Of a DNA stretch of 64,000 nucleotides, positions 59,522-64,000 are shown one piece after another. The stretch's first letter is position 1; every line of letters starts with the position of its first letter. The DNA is from Cyanophyceae cyanobacterium (GTDB lineage: Bacteria; Cyanobacteriota; Cyanobacteriia; Cyanobacteriales; Laspinemataceae). The position numbers and the translations under genes are program-made. The stretch is taken from assembly GCA_038321985.1 (NCBI GenBank), contig JBBQFN010000003.1, positions 320,001 through 384,000 on the forward strand, read 5' to 3'. The notes under the pieces are model-generated. The model was not told the DNA's origin, did not search any database, and saw only the letters and a program-made list of their open reading frames with translations.

Positions 59522-62464
59522 TTAATTTGCCCTAGGGCGGGATATAGCGGGATATTGCTGCAAGACGCGCTTTAAGAATTGGCCCGTATAGGATTGAGTA
59601 TTTTCGGCAATTTCCTCCGGGGTTCCAGTGGCGATCGCCTCTCCCCCTTTATCCCCCCCTTCTGGTCCTAAATCAATCACCCAATCGGCACACCGAATCA
59701 CATCTAAGTTGTGTTCAATAGTCAAAATTGAATTGCCTTTATCTACTAACCGTTGCAATACATTTAACAATTGATGCACGTCATAAAACGAGAGTCCGGT
59801 GGTAGGTTCATCGATTAAATACAAGGTTTTTCCGGTAGCGCGGCGGGAGAGTTCCGTTGCCAGTTTAACCCGTTGCGCTTCCCCTCCCGATAGGGTCGGT
59901 GCCGGTTGTCCCAGGTGAATATAACCTAATCCGACATCCACTAAGGTTTGCAACCGCGTCCCCGCCCGAGGAATATTTTTAAACAATTCTAACCCTTCTT
60001 CAACGGTTAGATTCAAAACATCAGCAATGGAATATCCCTTGTATTTAACTTGTAAAGTTTCTCGATTATATCGGGCTCCTTTACAAATATCACACTGCAC
60101 ATAAACATCGGGTAAAAAATTCATAGAAATGACATTTACCCCTTGTCCCCCACAGGCTTCGCATCGTCCTCCTTTGACATTAAAAGAAAACTGCCCCGGT
60201 TTATATCCTCGCGCTTTAGCTTCGATAGTTTCCGCAAATAAAGAGCGGATGATATCAAATACACCCGTATAGGTGGCAGGATTGGACCGAGGGGTTCTAC
60301 CGATGGGGGATTGGTCAATAATAATCACCTTATCTACCGCATCTTTTAAGCTCTTTTCTCCCACGGTTTTGAGCGCATCCATTTCTGAAGGAAAGGGGTG
60401 TTTGCGGGTGATATGATGTTGGAGGGCAGGATACAATAAATCATTAATTAAGCTGGATTTACCGGAGCCCGAAACCCCCGTTACACAAACTAATTTTCCC
60501 AGAGGAATTTCCACATCAATATGTTGGAGGTTATGGCGCGAGCAGTTTTTCATAATGAGCGATCGCCCATTTCCCTGTCTCCGTTCCCCCGGGGTTTCAA
60601 TTTGCAACCGTCCGGATAAATACGCCCCTGTGAGAGAGTTTTCCGCCGATAATAATGCCTCTAACTGCCCTTGGGCAACAATTTCTCCCCCATGTACCCC
60701 AGCGCGAGGACCGATATCGACAATCCAATCCGCTGCCCGAATAGTATCTTCATCATGTTCGACGACAATTAAAGTATTGCCTAAGTCGCGTAATTTTGTT
60801 AAAGTACGCAGCAGCCGTCCGTTATCCCGTTGATGCAGTCCAATACTGGGTTCGTCGAGGACGTATAACACGCCGGTTAATCCCGCGCCGATCTGGGTGG
60901 CGAGGCGAATCCGCTGCGCTTCCCCTCCCGAAAGGGTCATGGCAGGGCGATCAAGGGTGAGATAATCTAATCCTACATCTAATAAAAATTGCAGTCGGGC
61001 GCAAATTTCTCGAAGGACAAGTTCGGCAATCTGTGCTTGCCGACTGCTCAATTGCAGCCGATCAATGCGATCGCGACATTCCCGAATTGAAACCGAAGTC
61101 AAATCATCAATGCGATCGCCTCCCAGTCTCACCGCCAACGCTTCCGGTTTCAGGCGTTTCCCGTGACAGCTTTCGCAGGGGCGATCAACTAAATACTGCT
61201 CTAATTTTTGTTTTTGCAGGTCCGAGGCACTCTCTTCATAGTACCGTTGCAACAACGCTAATGCACCGGCATAGCGCCGATTGTTGCCCCATCCTTCGAT
61301 ATTAATTGTTTCATCAACGCCATATAAAATGGCTTTTTGCTGTTTTGCTGTTAGATGTTTCCATCGTGTCGTCAACTCAAATCCGTATAACTGCGCCAAA
61401 CCTTGTAACAAAGAGAGATAATAAGCACTCTCTTTCTCCGCCCAAGGTGCGATCGCCTCATAAATCGGTGCCTCCGGGTCCGGTATGATTAAATCCGGGG
61501 AAAACGTCCGAAAACTGCCCAATCCGTGACAAGTTTCGCAAGCACCATAGGGGGAATTAAACGAAAATAAGCGGGGAGAAAGTTCTTCCATCACCGCCCC
61601 ATGTTCCGGACAAGCAAACTTTTCCGAAAAGACTAATTCCGGCTCTCCCTCCTCGGTGGTACTGTCTAATAATTGGATAATGGCAATCCCTTCGGAATGG
61701 CGCAACCCGGTGCTTAAAGAATCAACTAAACGTTCTTCAATCCCTGCTTTTTTAATTAGGCGATCGACTACAATTTCAATGGTATGGGTGTGATTTTTAT
61801 CGAGTTCTATATTTTCCGAAAGTTCGCGAATTTCGCCATTCACCCGCACCCGCACAAATCCATCGGAAGACAGACTCGAAAGCACTTTCTTATGAGTGCC
61901 TTTTTTACCCCGAACTACGGGGGCGAGAACTTGAAATTTAGTACGATCCGGGAGTTCCATCACCCGATCGCACATCTCATCGATAGTTTGCGGGGCGATC
62001 GAGCGATCGCAAATCGGACAGTGAGGTTTTCCCGCCCGTCCAAATAATAAGCGCAGATAATCATAAATTTCCGTCACCGTTCCCACCGTCGATCGCGGGT
62101 TGTGGGAGGTGGATTTTTGGTCAATAGAAATCGCCGGAGAGAGTCCCTCGATGGATTCCACATCGGGTTTATCCAGTTGCCCTAGAAACTGACGGGCGTA
62201 GGCGCTGAGGGACTCCACATAACGCCGCTGACCCTCGGCGAAAATGGTATCAAAGGCGAGGGAGGATTTCCCGGAACCCGAAACCCCCGTAAATACAATC
62301 AGGCGATCGCGCGGGAGTTCCAAGTCGATATTTTTGAGGTTGTGCTGCCTTGCACCTCGAATCCGGATCCCCTGCCCTCCTCGATTGACTACGGCTTCGG
62401 TAATCGAGGATCCATTCAAGCTCTGCACAGGTGGTTTAGTAGACGCATTGGCACGCTTAGGCAT
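59522..62464 (-). CDS. uvrA: Excinuclease ABC subunit A
   Basis: Two GVSGSGKSS Walker A motifs, two LSGGEAQR motifs and zinc fingers. Confidence 0.98.
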   Translation of the reverse strand: MPKRANASTKPPVQSLNGSSITEAVVNRGGQGIRIRGARQHNLKNIDLELPRDRLIVFTGVSGSGKSSLAFDTIFAEGQRRYVESLSAYARQFLGQLDKPDVESIEGLSPAISIDQKSTSHNPRSTVGTVTEIYDYLRLLFGRAGKPHCPICDRSIAPQTIDEMCDRVMELPDRTKFQVLAPVVRGKKGTHKKVLSSLSSDGFVRVRVNGEIRELSENIELDKNHTHTIEIVVDRLIKKAGIEERLVDSLSTGLRHSEGIAIIQLLDSTTEEGEPELVFSEKFACPEHGAVMEELSPRLFSFNSPYGACETCHGLGSFRTFSPDLIIPDPEAPIYEAIAPWAEKESAYYLSLLQGLAQLYGFELTTRWKHLTAKQQKAILYGVDETINIEGWGNNRRYAGALALLQRYYEESASDLQKQKLEQYLVDRPCESCHGKRLKPEALAVRLGGDRIDDLTSVSIRECRDRIDRLQLSSRQAQIAELVLREICARLQFLLDVGLDYLTLDRPAMTLSGGEAQRIRLATQIGAGLTGVLYVLDEPSIGLHQRDNGRLLRTLTKLRDLGNTLIVVEHDEDTIRAADWIVDIGPRAGVHGGEIVAQGQLEALLSAENSLTGAYLSGRLQIETPGERRQGNGRSLIMKNCSRHNLQHIDVEIPLGKLVCVTGVSGSGKSSLINDLLYPALQHHITRKHPFPSEMDALKTVGEKSLKDAVDKVIIIDQSPIGRTPRSNPATYTGVFDIIRSLFAETIEAKARGYKPGQFSFNVKGGRCEACGGQGVNVISMNFLPDVYVQCDICKGARYNRETLQVKYKGYSIADVLNLTVEEGLELFKNIPRAGTRLQTLVDVGLGYIHLGQPAPTLSGGEAQRVKLATELSRRATGKTLYLIDEPTTGLSFYDVHQLLNVLQRLVDKGNSILTIEHNLDVIRCADWVIDLGPEGGDKGGEAIATGTPEEIAENTQSYTGQFLKRVLQQYPAISRPRAN

Positions 62465-62591
62465 AAAGAGTTAAATATATATTTCTTAACAATTTTAGCG
62501 GTTTTGGATAGCAATGCGGGTACGGAGTATCGGATGAGGTGGGTGCGGATATCCGAGGGGTCCTTGTTTACCCGATTGGGTTGAATGAGAA

Positions 62592-62663
62592 GAAACGACT
62601 AAAGTCGTTACTATGAACTAAAGCCATCGTTTCTTTGTTTGTAGTAATGACTTTAGTCGTTTC
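62592..62663. repeat. REP-like inverted pair
   Basis: GAAACGACTAAAGTCGTTACTATGAAC...GTTTGTAGTAATGACTTTAGTCGTTTC. A related element lies at ~63148-63207. Confidence 0.7.
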
Positions 62664-62716
62664 CGGGTTATTTCCCCATTACAATAAAATTGAATAGTGC
62701 CAAGAGTAAACAAACG

Positions 62717-63139
62717 ATGGACGAGTATCAAGTTCAAGTAGAAAAAGCGATCGCAATTTTAAATGAAGACTTACCCACGTTATTTGAAAAAGATATTTCT
62801 TATGATATTTATAGAAAAGATATTTTTTTTAAAGACCCGGTAAATCAGTTTAAGTGGAAATTTAATTATCGAATTATTTTCTGGACTTTACGGTTCCACG
62901 GAAAACTGTTTTTTACCCAACTCAATTTTGATTTGCACGATGTCGAACAAGTTGCTCCGGATATGATTCTAGCCAATTGGACCGTGCGCGGCAGATTGCG
63001 GCTACCTTGGAAAGCAGACTTATTTTTTAAGGGCTATTCTAATTATAAATTAGATGAAGCGGGGTTAATTTATGAACATATTGATACTTGGGACCGGGAA
63101 CCGAAGGCAATTTTAAAACAATTTCTTCCTCAATCCTGA
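62717..63139 (+). CDS. DUF2358 (NTF2-like) protein
   Basis: YDIY..DIFFKDPVN.F...Y and EHIDTWD motifs. Confidence 0.85.
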   Translation: MDEYQVQVEKAIAILNEDLPTLFEKDISYDIYRKDIFFKDPVNQFKWKFNYRIIFWTLRFHGKLFFTQLNFDLHDVEQVAPDMILANWTVRGRLRLPWKADLFFKGYSNYKLDEAGLIYEHIDTWDREPKAILKQFLPQS

Positions 63140-63245
63140 TGAATAACGTTCGTGGTGACTCCTTCAGGAGTCATCTTGATGCAACCCCTAAAGGAGTTAC
63201 TACAAACGAAAGGGGTGATAAGGTTTTATCCAGCTAAATTGGGGA

Positions 63246-63281
63246 GACCCCACCCAACCCTCCCCTTGCCAAGGGGAGGGC
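63246..63281. repeat. Inverted copy of the CCCTCCCCTTG(G/C)CAAGGGGAGGG repeat
   Basis: Same family as at 24563 and 52826. Confidence 0.75.
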
Positions 63282-63301
63282 TATGATACTTGCATAAAAT
63301 A

Positions 63302-64000
63302 TTATTCTTGAGTTCCGGCAGCACGAAGCGATCTCGCTACTTGTTTGTAGCCGTTAAACTCAGCGATCGCCAAGGCGGTATAACCCCCGCGATTTTTGAG
63401 ATTGACATCGGCACCGGCGGCTATTAATTGGTTAACTGCTTCCTCAAAACCCCGATGGGCGGCCCACATCAAGGCGCTTGCCCCTGCCTCATCTTGACGG
63501 TTGACATCGGCACCGGCAGAAATCAGCACCTCGATAACAGCGGTAAAATTGTGATCAGCCGCTTTCATTAGCGCGGTTTTGCCGCCTTGGGTGAGGGCAT
63601 TGGGCTCTGCACCGGCTTGGAGTAAGACTTGGATGGTGTCCAGATGTCCCAGTTCGGCGGTGGCGGTAAGGGGCGTTTCTTCAAAGTTAGTGGGATTCAC
63701 TTCTGCACCCTTGTGAAGGAGGGCCGCCACAATGTCGGCGCGATCGTGCAAGGCGGCAACAAATAAGGGCGTGTCACCGAGACGATTGCACCGTTGGAAA
63801 TCGGCACCCCTGTCGAGTAAAAGGTTGACAACATCGCCATAACCTTCGACTACCGCCAAATTTAATGCCGTTTCCCCATCGCTATCGATCGCATTGATAT
63901 CCGCACCGCCATCAAGTAGCGCCCGTACTATCTCCCAATGGCCGCCGGATGCCCCAGCCATCAGGGGGGTAAAGCTATCAAGATTTTTGACATTAACATC
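63302..64000 (-). CDS. Ankyrin repeat protein, 5'-truncated by the window
   Basis: Repeated G.TAL..A...G...V..L...GADVN units. Confidence 0.93.
   Translation of the reverse strand, partial: DVNVKNLDSFTPLMAGASGGHWEIVRALLDGGADINAIDSDGETALNLAVVEGYGDVVNLLLDRGADFQRCNRLGDTPLFVAALHDRADIVAALLHKGAEVNPTNFEETPLTATAELGHLDTIQVLLQAGAEPNALTQGGKTALMKAADHNFTAVIEVLISAGADVNRQDEAGASALMWAAHRGFEEAVNQLIAAGADVNLKNRGGYTALAIAEFNGYKQVARSLRAAGTQE

Noticed and set aside
62515..62535. LexA box upstream of uvrA
   Set aside because: GGTACGGAGTATC does not fit the spacing of the cyanobacterial RGTAC-N3-DGTWCB consensus.

Overview
This is a filamentous-cyanobacterium chromosomal window (Oscillatoriales-like). The assignment rests on very frequent HIP1 GCGATCGC octamers and on chlL/chlN and hpsE-type genes. 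Housekeeping blocks (chlL-DUF5331-chlN, PIN/TRAM-hemW, an hpsE-type polysaccharide cluster, grpE-dnaK-dnaJ-tusA-rsgA, purH, uvrA) alternate with four accessory regions. (1) At 1-6 kb: a repeat/palindromic-spacer array, an orphan PD-(D/E)xK nuclease with a putative immunity partner, an Rpn-like gene with a stand-alone copy of its C-terminus, and two unannotated paralogous 34-aa genes. (2) At 27-36 kb: a TA pair broken by a 25-bp insert in a HIP1 site, an NHLP-like small protein next to a CX7CX2C B12 radical-SAM enzyme, and a propeller-HK-REC-PP2C sensor. (3) At 35.9-43.4 kb: a defence island of HicAB, MNT-HEPN, VapBC and a Trypco-like + trypsin-NACHT-HEAT module, whose cassettes are separated by a co-oriented ~65-bp double-palindrome element. 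(4) At 53-57.3 kb: four tandem 2OG-Fe(II)/JmjC oxygenases, three sharing an unrecognised N-terminal domain. No rRNA, tRNA, cas genes or intact transposase were seen. All family calls come from recognising motifs by eye, not from database searches.
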